Assembly: GCA_041483895.1 (NCBI GenBank)
Contig: JBGPGO010000006.1
Span: 32,001-96,000, forward strand
DNA length: 64,000 nt
Source: Fimbriimonadia bacterium
GTDB lineage: Bacteria; Armatimonadota; Fimbriimonadia; Fimbriimonadales; JABRVX01
Direction: 5' to 3'
Part shown: in pieces, positions 19,370 to 28,601 of the stretch
Position numbering within the stretch: the stretch's first letter is position 1
How the letters are laid out: every line of letters starts with the position of its first letter
Translations under genes and position numbers: made by a program
The notes under the pieces: model-generated
The model's input: the letters and a program-made list of their open reading frames with translations, nothing else
The model's database searches: none
What the model was told of the DNA's origin: nothing

Positions 19370-20035
19370 ATGGTTTTAGGCCTCGTTCTTGCAGCCGGAA
19401 AATCGGAACGCATGGGACAGCCGAAACTTGCCATGTACTATGAAGGTGAGCCGATGCTCCGGGCGGTCGTTCGCAAACTGTATGATGGCGGATGCGATCA
19501 AGTGCGAATTGTGTTCGGTCACCATGCCGAAATCTTGCTGAATCTTTTATATGGCACGGACATCGAGATTGTGTACAACGAGAATCCGGACGAAGGGATG
19601 TTGTCATCCATCAAGATTGGCATCGCGCCCACTCGAGAGCGGATGGAGTCACTCACTATTTTCGCGAAATCCATGCATTACAAAGATGGCAAGAGGCCAA
19701 CCGAAACCACAACCTGGGCTCTCAAAGGGCCCGACCTTGACAAACAATACGATGCTGTCATGATCCAACCCGGCGATATCCCCGGATTCACCGTCCAGAC
19801 GGTCGAGACCATGATTGCCGCAATGGAGGATTCGCAAGCCGATGCCTGGATCGCGACCTGCTTCAGCAAGCGCGGCCACCCGCTCCTCCTGCCGACAGCG
19901 TCCATCGCGTCCGTCGTGAACTTCGAAGGCGAAAGCCTCCGTGACTGGCTCCGCGATCCATCCCGCAAAGTCATCGAAGTCGAAACCGACGATCCAGGGG
20001 TACTAAAAGACTACGATACGCCGGAAGACCTCTAA
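19370..20035 (+). CDS. MocA/MobA-like nucleotidyltransferase (NTP_transf_3)
   Basis: LAAGKSERMGQPKL, GMLSSIK, PGDIP, KRGHP, DYDTPED. Confidence 0.88.
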   Translation: MVLGLVLAAGKSERMGQPKLAMYYEGEPMLRAVVRKLYDGGCDQVRIVFGHHAEILLNLLYGTDIEIVYNENPDEGMLSSIKIGIAPTRERMESLTIFAKSMHYKDGKRPTETTTWALKGPDLDKQYDAVMIQPGDIPGFTVQTVETMIAAMEDSQADAWIATCFSKRGHPLLLPTASIASVVNFEGESLRDWLRDPSRKVIEVETDDPGVLKDYDTPEDL

Positions 20036-20054
20036 CCACGGGTACAATTTGCGT

Positions 20055-20294
20055 ATGAACAAGGTGGAAATGAAGATAGTCGCGTTGGGGGAGCAGGTCG
20101 ATCAGCCGTGGATCACCCGGCTCATCCGGCAGTTCGATGTCGAGGTCAACATCCGAAGGGCGCACGTGGACCGCGATGCCGGATGGCTGGAGATTGAGAT
20201 GGAAGGCCCGACGGAAGAGATCCAACGCGCGACCGCTTGGCTTCACACCACCGGCCTTCACGTCGATCCCGTCCAGCGCTCCGTCCGTGCATGA
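20055..20294 (+). CDS. Stand-alone NIL domain protein
   Basis: QPWITRL..FDVEVNIRRAHV...GWLEIEMEG; TACAAT 6 nt before ATG 20055. Confidence 0.8.
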   Translation: MNKVEMKIVALGEQVDQPWITRLIRQFDVEVNIRRAHVDRDAGWLEIEMEGPTEEIQRATAWLHTTGLHVDPVQRSVRA

Positions 20295-21208
20295 GCCGCC
20301 CCCAGGACCCGATTCTCGAACCCTATCCGCCGCCGGACTTTGACGAGTTCTGGTCGCGCACCGTCGCGGGCCGCGGCGACCGGCCCATCGCGGCCTATCG
20401 CACCCACGATCCCAAAGACGATATCCCCGGATTCCGCATCGAACGAATCGATTTTCGCGGCGACCAGGGCGATATTCTGCACGGTTGGATCGGGATTCCC
20501 CATGGCCTAACCGGGCCCGCTCCCGGTCACCTGTGGCTCACTGCATACGGCCATGATTCCCATCTACCCGACCTCTATTCCTGCTATCCGGACTATATCA
20601 ACCTGTCCTACAACATCCACGGCCACGACGCGTTTTATCAAGAAAAATATGTTCCGTCGCGCGGCTATCTGGCAGTCGGGATCGAGGACCCGGAAACCTA
20701 CATCTTCCGCAGGTTGGCGCTCGATGCCCTCCGCGCTCTCGATGTGCTTGCATCACAAACGGAAGTGGATAGCGAACGATTGGTTTGCGGCGGGCTGAGC
20801 CAAGGAGGCGGGTTGTCGCTCATGATGGCGATGATTGCGCCGAAATTGCGTTCCGTCTGCACCGATATGCCGTTTCTCTCCAGCATGCCATGGGCGATGA
20901 AAAAGGCGTCATATCGATACCCTTACAAAGAACTGAAGGACTTCGCCGATACCCACGCTCTGGGGATGGAGCAGGTGATGGGAACGCTCGCCTATTTCGA
21001 TACGTTGAACTGTGCAAGCCGCGCCAAATGTCCGGTCCAGGTGAGCTATGGCACGCTCGATCCGGCCTGCACTCCCAACACCGTCATCGCCATCGCGCAG
21101 GCGCTGCCGGATCCGAAAAATCTGATCGTCTATGAGGAGTTGGGCCACGATTGGACGCCGGAGATGCGCGCGATCAACATGGCATGGCACCGGCGGTTTA
21201 TTCCGTAG
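20291..21208 (+). CDS. Acetyl xylan esterase / cephalosporin-C deacetylase (AXE1, CE7-like)
   Basis: PPDFDEFW, GLSQGGG nucleophile elbow, DPACTP, GH; ATGA overlap with the NIL gene. Confidence 0.88.
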   Translation: MSRPQDPILEPYPPPDFDEFWSRTVAGRGDRPIAAYRTHDPKDDIPGFRIERIDFRGDQGDILHGWIGIPHGLTGPAPGHLWLTAYGHDSHLPDLYSCYPDYINLSYNIHGHDAFYQEKYVPSRGYLAVGIEDPETYIFRRLALDALRALDVLASQTEVDSERLVCGGLSQGGGLSLMMAMIAPKLRSVCTDMPFLSSMPWAMKKASYRYPYKELKDFADTHALGMEQVMGTLAYFDTLNCASRAKCPVQVSYGTLDPACTPNTVIAIAQALPDPKNLIVYEELGHDWTPEMRAINMAWHRRFIP

Positions 21209-22673
21209 CGGGTTTGAGACGCAATCCGCGCGGGATGAACGCGCGATCGAGCAGGTCGAAGAAGAATTGCACGAGCAGCGCCAACACGGCCGCCGGTATC
21301 GCCCCTTGCAGAATCTTTCCCGGATCGTTGACCGCGAGGCCGCTGATAATCGGTTCCCCCAATCCGCCGGCCCCGATAAGCGCGGCGATCGTTGCCGTCC
21401 CTACGTTGATAATGGCGCTCGTTTTGATGCCTGCCAAAATGGTGCGAGAGGCCATCGGAAGATACACTTTTGTCAGAATGGCGAGGCGCGAAAGACCCAG
21501 CGCCTCCGCCGACTCGCGTATTGGCGTCGGGATGTCTTGAAGGCCCGTCGCGGTGTTGCGGACGATGGGCAAAAGACCATACAGAAACAGCGCGACGATG
21601 GCGGTCTGCTTGCCGACACCCAGACCTGGCACCGCAACAAGAATGGCCAGCAGGGCGAGCGATGGGATGGTCTGCAAAACACCGGTGAGCGACATGATTC
21701 CGGAGCCGACGAATCCGCCGGAACTTGCCGCAATCCCGAGCAGAACGCCTACCAGGATCGCGGCCGCCATAGAAATGCCGACGATGATCAGATGCTGGCC
21801 GGTAAGACGCAGGATGTAGGTCATCGACGATTCAGTATGCGCAATCGCTTGTTCTTGTGTGGCTTTGTCAAAGTATTTGGATGCGGCCAATGCATAGTTT
21901 TTTGTCTTGTCGGCTTCCGCGTTCAGACCAATCATGCGTTTTTCATCAATTGTGCCCACGAGCGGTTGCAGCGCGATGATTGCCTTTGGATCGATATCCA
22001 GTCGGTAGAGAAAAACGGCACGGTATCGCGGCAGCACATTTCGGTCATCATCGAGCGTTACCAGATCATATTTTGCGATATCGGAATCGGTGGAGTATGC
22101 GTCGGTAATGTCGATCTCGTCCTTTTGCATGGCGACGTATGCGAGGGTGTGCTGAATCCCTCTCACATTGGACATATTCAGTCCGTAGGCGCTCAAAATC
22201 AGCGGCCACCCATCTTCCCGCGTCTGAAATTCGTGCGTAATGCCGACTCGCAGGTCTGGATGATTGCGCAGATCGCTGATGTTCTTTATCCCCAACGCAG
22301 CGGCCATTGATCGCTTCATAGTTAACGCGTATCTATTGTCGAATCCTAGGTCGCCGGTGATGCCGATGCCAAGCTTCCTTAATTCCACGGCGAGCTGATC
22401 ATGGGTCAGCTCCTTTTTCTTGAGAAGCTCGCGGGAAATGGTGCCTGTGTAGTCGGGATACATATCAATCGCGCCGGAGGTAAGGGCCTGCCAGACAATC
22501 GCGGTGTTCCCCATCCCCTGCTTGTGCTCCATTGTGAACCCCGCCTTTTCCAGCAGCACTTTGGCGATCTCCGCAAGCACGTATGATTCCGTGAACGCCT
22601 TGGAACCGACAGTGATAGTCTTCGCGCACACTGATAGTGGTAGTAGGATGAAAAAAAGCGCGATGTTTTTCAC
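21198..22673 (-). CDS. Fused quaternary-amine (OpuAC/OsmF-type) substrate-binding protein + ABC permease
   Basis: Signal peptide, VGSKAFTESY, DMYPDYTGT, GFDNRYAL, AYSTD; C-terminal QTIPSLALL and EAA-like ESAEALG loop. Confidence 0.92.
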   Translation of the reverse strand: MKNIALFFILLPLSVCAKTITVGSKAFTESYVLAEIAKVLLEKAGFTMEHKQGMGNTAIVWQALTSGAIDMYPDYTGTISRELLKKKELTHDQLAVELRKLGIGITGDLGFDNRYALTMKRSMAAALGIKNISDLRNHPDLRVGITHEFQTREDGWPLILSAYGLNMSNVRGIQHTLAYVAMQKDEIDITDAYSTDSDIAKYDLVTLDDDRNVLPRYRAVFLYRLDIDPKAIIALQPLVGTIDEKRMIGLNAEADKTKNYALAASKYFDKATQEQAIAHTESSMTYILRLTGQHLIIVGISMAAAILVGVLLGIAASSGGFVGSGIMSLTGVLQTIPSLALLAILVAVPGLGVGKQTAIVALFLYGLLPIVRNTATGLQDIPTPIRESAEALGLSRLAILTKVYLPMASRTILAGIKTSAIINVGTATIAALIGAGGLGEPIISGLAVNDPGKILQGAIPAAVLALLVQFFFDLLDRAFIPRGLRLKPATE

Positions 22674-23395
22674 AGGGCCACCAGACTCCGTTGGGCGTTG
22701 ATGAACTCCGTGACGAACGGATCCGCCGGCCGCTGCTGGAGGTCCTCGAGCGACCCCTGCTGCACGATCTTTCCCTCCCGCAGCATCACAATCGTATCGC
22801 CCAAATATCCCGCCTCCGCCATGTCGTGCGTCACCAAGATCACTGTCTTCCCAAGCCTCTGAAACAGCTCTTTCAGCTCCCGCTGCAGCGTCGATCGCAC
22901 CATCGGATCGAGCGCGCCAAGCGGCTCATCGAGCAGCAGCACCTCCGGGTCCAGCATCAGCGCGCGCATCAGTGAAACGCGTTGCTTCTGCCCGCCGGAC
23001 AGCTCAACCGGATAGCGACTCAAACCATCCGCGGGAAAGTGCGTGAGATCGCAAAGTTCCGTCAAGCGCGCTGCATTTTCGCGGCCCAAGAATCGGGACA
23101 GAAGCTGCACATTGTCCGATGCTGTCAGGTGCGGAAACAGGCCGCCCTCTTGGATCACATATCCCATCCGCCATCGCATCTCTTGCAGGTTGGCCGGCGT
23201 CAACCGCTGCCCATCCACCTCCACATATCCCGTCGAAGGTGGGATGAGGCCGATGACGAGACGCAGAAGCGTGGACTTTCCGCATCCGCTCGGTCCGATC
23301 AGCGCGGTGATCTTTCCCGCCGCAAAAGTCAAATCTGTGGGATGCAGCGCAGTGACGCTGCCATACGTTTTGCCACACCCATGGAGCGAAATCAC
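22670..23395 (-). CDS. ABC ATP-binding subunit (OpuA/ProV-like)
   Basis: GPSGCGKST, LSGGQ, LLLDEP, VTHD. Confidence 0.93.
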   Translation of the reverse strand: MISLHGCGKTYGSVTALHPTDLTFAAGKITALIGPSGCGKSTLLRLVIGLIPPSTGYVEVDGQRLTPANLQEMRWRMGYVIQEGGLFPHLTASDNVQLLSRFLGRENAARLTELCDLTHFPADGLSRYPVELSGGQKQRVSLMRALMLDPEVLLLDEPLGALDPMVRSTLQRELKELFQRLGKTVILVTHDMAEAGYLGDTIVMLREGKIVQQGSLEDLQQRPADPFVTEFINAQRSLVAL

Positions 23396-24387
23396 GAAGC
23401 GTCTTCACTCCGCAGCAAAACAACCGCAAACCAGTTCTTTTCATCCGTCCAACGATTAACCGCGGTCAGTCCCGCGGAAGCACATAGGTCGGCAAAAGAT
23501 GATAGGGCGTACTTGTGACTGTGCTCGGTTTGAATGGTCTCTCCCTCGTGAAAACGCACAGTCATGTTCAGGTCTCGAATGAGAACGGTTTGCTCGACCT
23601 TGCTCTTCAGCCACGATTCGATCCTCGCGGATTTCGGATTGTATCGAGAGACATGTTCAAACGTTTCCAAATTGAACTGACCGCCCAGCTCCCGATCGAT
23701 GCGGCCCAGCAGGTTCTTGTTGAACAGAGCCGTCACGCCGGCCGAATCGTTGTATGCGGCTTCCAAAAGAGCCACGTCCTTGATCAGATCGATCCCGACC
23801 AGCAACCTATCGCACGGGCGCATGTTGCGTTCAATCATGTGCAGAAACGCAACGGATTCGGGCGGATCAAAATTGCCAATGTTGCTTCCAAGAAAAAGAA
23901 AAAGCTGCGGCAGGTGGTCTTGCGGCAGATGAGATACCGCGTCTTCATAGGTCGCCGCAATCGCCCTGACTGAAATTTGCGCATAATCCTGGAGCAAAGC
24001 GATCGAGGACCGATACAAGAAATCAGAAGAGATATCTATCGGAACATAATGCAAAGCCCGCTGCCGTTCGAGGGCCGTTTCGATCAGAATTCGTGTCTTA
24101 TACGAGTTGCCGCTGCCGAGCTCGACCAGGCCGATCTCCGGTCCGACCGTTGCGACAATCTCCTCAGCGTTCGAACGCAAAATGGCCTCTTCTGTTCGAG
24201 TGAGATAGTACTCCGGCAAGTCGCAAATCATTTCGAACAGAGCTGAGCCGATCTCATCATAAAAAAACCGGCTGGGGAGGGCTTTTTGCGGCCGGGACAG
24301 TCCCTCCGCCACCACGTCTGAAAAATGCTCCGGTTGGTGACTCGCCGGAACGCGCACGAACTCTAGCCCCGCGATTGTCTGCGTCAT
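23392..24387 (-). CDS. egtD: L-histidine N-alpha-methyltransferase (Methyltransf_33)
   Basis: FYDEIGSALFE..LPEYYLTRTE, ELGSGNSYKT, GSNIGNF, AAYNDSAGVTA.FN.N.L, TEHSHKY. Confidence 0.92.
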   Translation of the reverse strand: MTQTIAGLEFVRVPASHQPEHFSDVVAEGLSRPQKALPSRFFYDEIGSALFEMICDLPEYYLTRTEEAILRSNAEEIVATVGPEIGLVELGSGNSYKTRILIETALERQRALHYVPIDISSDFLYRSSIALLQDYAQISVRAIAATYEDAVSHLPQDHLPQLFLFLGSNIGNFDPPESVAFLHMIERNMRPCDRLLVGIDLIKDVALLEAAYNDSAGVTALFNKNLLGRIDRELGGQFNLETFEHVSRYNPKSARIESWLKSKVEQTVLIRDLNMTVRFHEGETIQTEHSHKYALSSFADLCASAGLTAVNRWTDEKNWFAVVLLRSEDAS

Positions 24388-24480
24388 CGAACCACCCCCC
24401 TTTCCTCCGTCCGTTCGCCGAGATGTCTGGATTTCCTGTCGCCGACAGGATTTCTTCCTTCAACGTAGAACCAAAGACCT

Positions 24481-25563
24481 ATGTTCCAGGTTCACGAAGA
24501 CATCCGCCAGGCCTCCTGCTTACCGACCCGTTTCTACACCGATTCCGCCGTTTTTGACGCTTTGCGGGAGAAGGTGTTCGCCCGAAGCTGGCAGTTTATC
24601 GGCGCAACAGAGCTGGTCAAGGTCCCCGGCCAGGTGTACCCGTTTACTCTGCTGGACGGTTGTCTTTCGGAACCGCTACTCTTAACGCGAGATTTCTCCG
24701 ATAAGGTCCATTGTGTTTCCAATGTCTGCACGCATCGGGGGACATTAGTTTGCGAAGGGGCCGGAAACGAACGGTCGCTACGCTGCCGATATCATGGCCG
24801 GAGGTTTGGATTGGACGGCAAGTTTCAGTCGATGCCGGAGTTCGAGGGGTGCGCCAATTTTCCGTCCGAGAAAGATGATTTAGTTCCCGTGAAGATCGCC
24901 GAATGGAAGAATCTCCTGTTTTGCTCTTTGGATCCCGCGATGCCGTTTGAGGAATGGATTGCCGATCTTGACGCGCGGCTGGGATGGCTTCCGGTGGAGC
25001 GGTTTGCTCACGACGCGACGCGGGATAGGGAGTATCTGGTTCGGGCGCATTGGGCTCTTTATTGCGACAACTATTTGGAGGGGTTCCACATACCGTACGT
25101 GCACGCCGGGCTGACGGAGCAGCTGGATTACGGCAACTACACGACGGAGCTGTTTCGTTATTCGACATTGCAATTGGGGGTTGCGCGCGGGGCGGAGTCG
25201 GTGTTCGATCTGCCTTCTTCGTCTCCCGATCATGGAAAGAATGTGGCGGCGTACTATTTTTGGCTGTTTCCGAATCAGATGCTCAATTTTTATCCGTGGG
25301 GGCTTTCGGTGAACATCGTTCAGCCGCTCGAGCCGGACCTCAGCAAAGTATCGTTTGTCAGCTTCGTTTGGGACGCGTCGAAATTGGACCAGGGCGCGGG
25401 GGCGTCTCTCGACCGCGTGGAGCGAGAGGACGAGGCGGTGGTGGAGGCGGTGCAGAAGGGGCTTCGGGGTCGATTCTATGTGTCAGGCCGCTACTCCCCA
25501 ACGCGCGAAACCGGCACCCACCACTTGCATCGGTTATTGGTGGAACACTTGAACAAATCGTAG
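24481..25563 (+). CDS. Rieske non-heme iron oxygenase alpha subunit (choline monooxygenase / betaine-acting type)
   Basis: CTHRG...CRYHG Rieske ligands; DNYLEGFHIPYVH mononuclear iron motif; ED..VVEAVQKGL. Confidence 0.9.
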   Translation: MFQVHEDIRQASCLPTRFYTDSAVFDALREKVFARSWQFIGATELVKVPGQVYPFTLLDGCLSEPLLLTRDFSDKVHCVSNVCTHRGTLVCEGAGNERSLRCRYHGRRFGLDGKFQSMPEFEGCANFPSEKDDLVPVKIAEWKNLLFCSLDPAMPFEEWIADLDARLGWLPVERFAHDATRDREYLVRAHWALYCDNYLEGFHIPYVHAGLTEQLDYGNYTTELFRYSTLQLGVARGAESVFDLPSSSPDHGKNVAAYYFWLFPNQMLNFYPWGLSVNIVQPLEPDLSKVSFVSFVWDASKLDQGAGASLDRVEREDEAVVEAVQKGLRGRFYVSGRYSPTRETGTHHLHRLLVEHLNKS

Positions 25564-25812
25564 CCGCGGATTCTCGTTCTGATACCTGATCGATCCGCCG
25601 CCGCCAAAACCCGCGAGAGACCACGCCGTATGATCCGAAACCGTTTTGGAATTGCGAACGTGGTCACGCGCGGTTCTTGTTCGCTCCAACTCCGACGCGG
25701 ATCAGAACGAGGAACCGCGGCTACTCTGCCATTCCGATTCATACGCGGTTCTTGTTCGCTCCAACTCCCACGCGGGTCGGAACGAGGAACCGCGGCTACT
25801 CTGCCATTCCGA
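25560..25812. repeat. Cluster of GTAGCCGCGG(T/A)T REP-like hairpins; 69-bp tandem duplication
   Basis: One copy at 25560 (+); two near-identical units at 25669-25737 and 25744-25812 (-); related copies at 55634 and 55742-55798. Confidence 0.85.
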
Positions 25813-27073
25813 GTGGCCGCACCCGACCGAGGACTGTCAAAATGACCACGATAGCGATCAACGGAACGAACGCCTCCGCCATGAAAGCCTGATCGTACAG
25901 TTTGTACTCCTTGATCCACGCGCCGACTTTGAGATTCATGACCACCCCGCAGATGCCACCCGCGAGACCGGAAATCCCGTTCAGAGTAGCAACAAATCGG
26001 CGCGGCGCGACATCCGCGGGAATCGTCAGTAGATTGGATGACGCGGCCGTATAGGCGAACACCGCAATCCCGATCAGCACCGAAGCGGTATATGCGCTAT
26101 TGAATTGCGGTATCAAAAAACCGACGCTCATCATCGCGCAGCTAACGCAGATGACGGTCTTGCGCGCCCTCGTAGTGCTCCACCCACGCTTGATCAGCTG
26201 CGCCGCCAGCCACCCGCCAAAAACTCCGCCGACAAACGCGAACATGAACGGGATCGCGTACAGGCCCCCCTTCCCCACGCCCGGCACCTTAAGCTGCTCT
26301 TGGAAGTATCCTGGCATCCATGTGACATAGAACCACCAGGTCTGATCCATCAAGACACGATAGAGGCAGATCGCCCACGTCTGGCGGTGTCGGAACAGCT
26401 CCCGAAACTTGGCGGGAGCGCCGTCCCAGTGCTCTTCCACCGCGCCTTCCGATCCACCAACCTGTTTGCCAATGTACTCGCGTTCGCTATCAGTAATCCA
26501 CGGATGCTCCGACGGCTTGCGGTATATCACTAACCACGCGAGCAGCCATAGCAAACCCAATGAAGCCGTTGCGATGAACATCCATCGCCAATCCATGATT
26601 CGCAATAACACATTGAGAATCAAGAATGATGCGATGATAGAGCCGATGCTGGAGCCTGCGTTCCAGAATCCGACCGCCGTCGAACGTTCATGGGGCGGGA
26701 ACCATTCGGCCGTCGCCCTCGTTCCCGCCGGCCACGCCCCGGCCTCGCCAAAGGCCAAGAATCCGCGTAGCGTTGCGAACTGGAATTTGGTTCTCGCGAA
26801 GGCGTGCAGCGCCGCCGCGATGGACCACCACAGGATCAGAAACGAATACCCGCGCCGTGTGCCGAATCGATCCACCAACATGCCGGTCGGTATGAAGCTC
26901 AGCGCATACACCAGGCTTTGGATTGCCATGATGTCGCCAAACGCTTTGTCGTCGATTCCAATTTGGGTCAGCTTTTCTTTCACCAGCGGCAACGCCATGC
27001 GATCCAGGTAATTGATGGCGATTCCCAGCATGAGAAGGAATCCGATATAGTAGCGCAAATTCTTAATCTTCAA
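25796..27073 (-). CDS. MFS transporter, ExuT/hexuronate (ACS) family
   Basis: INYLDR, VDRFGTR, GEAGAWP, EWFPPHER, WWFYVTWMP. Confidence 0.9.
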   Translation of the reverse strand: MKIKNLRYYIGFLLMLGIAINYLDRMALPLVKEKLTQIGIDDKAFGDIMAIQSLVYALSFIPTGMLVDRFGTRRGYSFLILWWSIAAALHAFARTKFQFATLRGFLAFGEAGAWPAGTRATAEWFPPHERSTAVGFWNAGSSIGSIIASFLILNVLLRIMDWRWMFIATASLGLLWLLAWLVIYRKPSEHPWITDSEREYIGKQVGGSEGAVEEHWDGAPAKFRELFRHRQTWAICLYRVLMDQTWWFYVTWMPGYFQEQLKVPGVGKGGLYAIPFMFAFVGGVFGGWLAAQLIKRGWSTTRARKTVICVSCAMMSVGFLIPQFNSAYTASVLIGIAVFAYTAASSNLLTIPADVAPRRFVATLNGISGLAGGICGVVMNLKVGAWIKEYKLYDQAFMAEAFVPLIAIVVILTVLGRVRPLGMAE

Positions 27074-27812
27074 CCGGCAACACCCCCGCGTTCATCACAT
27101 GCCGACCGCCGTCCAAAATGATTTGCGCGCCGGTCAGGAAGCTGCTTTCATCGCTCGCCAAATAGACGGCGAGGCTGCCGACATCCTCCGGCTGCCCGAG
27201 GCGCTTAATCGCCTGCGACCGAAGGTGCCTTTTGAAAGATGCCTCCGGGTCTTTTTCCGTCTTGTAGGTGAGCGGCGTGATTATGAATCCGGGCAGGATG
27301 GCGTTGACGCGGATTCCCTTTGGTCCAAGGTCGCAGGCAAGTCCGGTTGTGAGGCCGAGCAAGCCGCCTTTTGCCGCGCCGTAGGGAAAAGTGTTGGGGA
27401 CGGTGCGCAGCGGATGTGTGGAGGCGATGTTGATGATTGCGCCGCCGACGGTCATTTTTGGGACGGCGGCTTTCGCGCACATCCATGCGGCCTTCGCGTC
27501 CAGGGCGATGCATCGGTCCCAGGTCTCTTCGTCGCAGGTGAGCGGATCGAGGAAGAAGTTGGTGCCGGCGTTGTTGACCAGGCAATCGACGCGCGCCAGC
27601 CCACCAAACAATCTCTCCACATCGCCGGTTTTCGTGACATCGGTCTGAACGAACGTCGCGGCCATCTCCCCCGCCGCGGTCGCCCCCGACTCGCTATCAA
27701 TCTCGGCGATGATGACGTCCGCGCCTTCCAACGCGAACCCCGCCGCGATAGCGCGTCCGATACCCGATCCCCCGCCTGTCACGACGGCAACTTTCCCCGC
27801 AAGCCTCCCCAT
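27063..27812 (-). CDS. SDR family oxidoreductase
   Basis: TGGGSGIG, NNAG, YGAAK, IRVNAILPG. Confidence 0.93.
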   Translation of the reverse strand: MGRLAGKVAVVTGGGSGIGRAIAAGFALEGADVIIAEIDSESGATAAGEMAATFVQTDVTKTGDVERLFGGLARVDCLVNNAGTNFFLDPLTCDEETWDRCIALDAKAAWMCAKAAVPKMTVGGAIINIASTHPLRTVPNTFPYGAAKGGLLGLTTGLACDLGPKGIRVNAILPGFIITPLTYKTEKDPEASFKRHLRSQAIKRLGQPEDVGSLAVYLASDESSFLTGAQIILDGGRHVMNAGVLPVED

Positions 27813-27830
27813 ATCCGATCAGTTCGCCGT

Positions 27831-28018
27831 CCCCCACCCAACCCCTCCCCCGCAAGCGGGGGAGGGGAATTGGAAGCCGACCGATGATGCGACCGGTCTC
27901 CCGACCGAGTCGCGACAGTCGGCGGAATGTTACTCTCCCTTCACAATCCCTATTGTGAAGGGCGTCCGCCGACGCCTGCGGCATGAAAAATCCCCTTCAC
28001 AATCGGGATTGTGAAGGG
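27831..28018. repeat. Cluster of REP-like hairpins (CCCTCCCCCGCAAGCGGGGGAGGG; CCCTTCACA...TGTGAAGGG x2)
   Basis: Both families recur at about 40271-40295 and 40411-40448. Confidence 0.75.
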
Positions 28019-28137
28019 AGAAGAATATCCAGCATTGTCCTGCTAGGTAAGCAAGCGCCGGCCAAATGCCTCTTTTCGGGGCCAGTGATGGAATTGGATT
28101 CATGCAGGTCTACATCTTGAGGTCCATTCAAAGAGTC

Positions 28138-28524
28138 TTATTGAGAATTGAGACGCAATTCCCGATATGATTCATCGATGCCGCAAAACGTGTATGCGTG
28201 CCCTGACACAACCCTCTGGCTCCCGTCCAGATCGAGCCAGATATGCCACTGCGGCCAAAGGAAGCTACCCCATCCCGGACTGGTGACATCAGCAAAGAAT
28301 TCCACATTCGAACGGTGTGACATTGCTCGCTGCGTTGGCATTTCAGCGATCCCTAGCGAGCGGCAAGCATCTTCAATAGTCATCCCCGGTCTGATTTGTT
28401 GCTCCACGTAAGTCGATGAGATCACCTGATTTCGTCCGACAACTTTAGGCCATATCAATACCAAGAAGAGAATGCTGCCAGCAAAAATGACGAGTGTCGT
28501 GATTAGTAGCTTCTTGACTAACAT
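28138..28524 (-). CDS. Membrane-anchored hypothetical protein, SmpA/OmlA-like GMT motif
   Basis: N-terminal TM, IRPGMTIEDACRSLG; GAGG RBS; AT-richer than its neighbours. Confidence 0.6.
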   Translation of the reverse strand: MLVKKLLITTLVIFAGSILFLVLIWPKVVGRNQVISSTYVEQQIRPGMTIEDACRSLGIAEMPTQRAMSHRSNVEFFADVTSPGWGSFLWPQWHIWLDLDGSQRVVSGHAYTFCGIDESYRELRLNSQ

Positions 28525-28601
28525 GTACGCACCTCAATACTCATGCCGTTGAGGAAATCGTACCCGATTCATTTGGCGTGAACGTCAGCTTGGAGCCCGT
28601 A

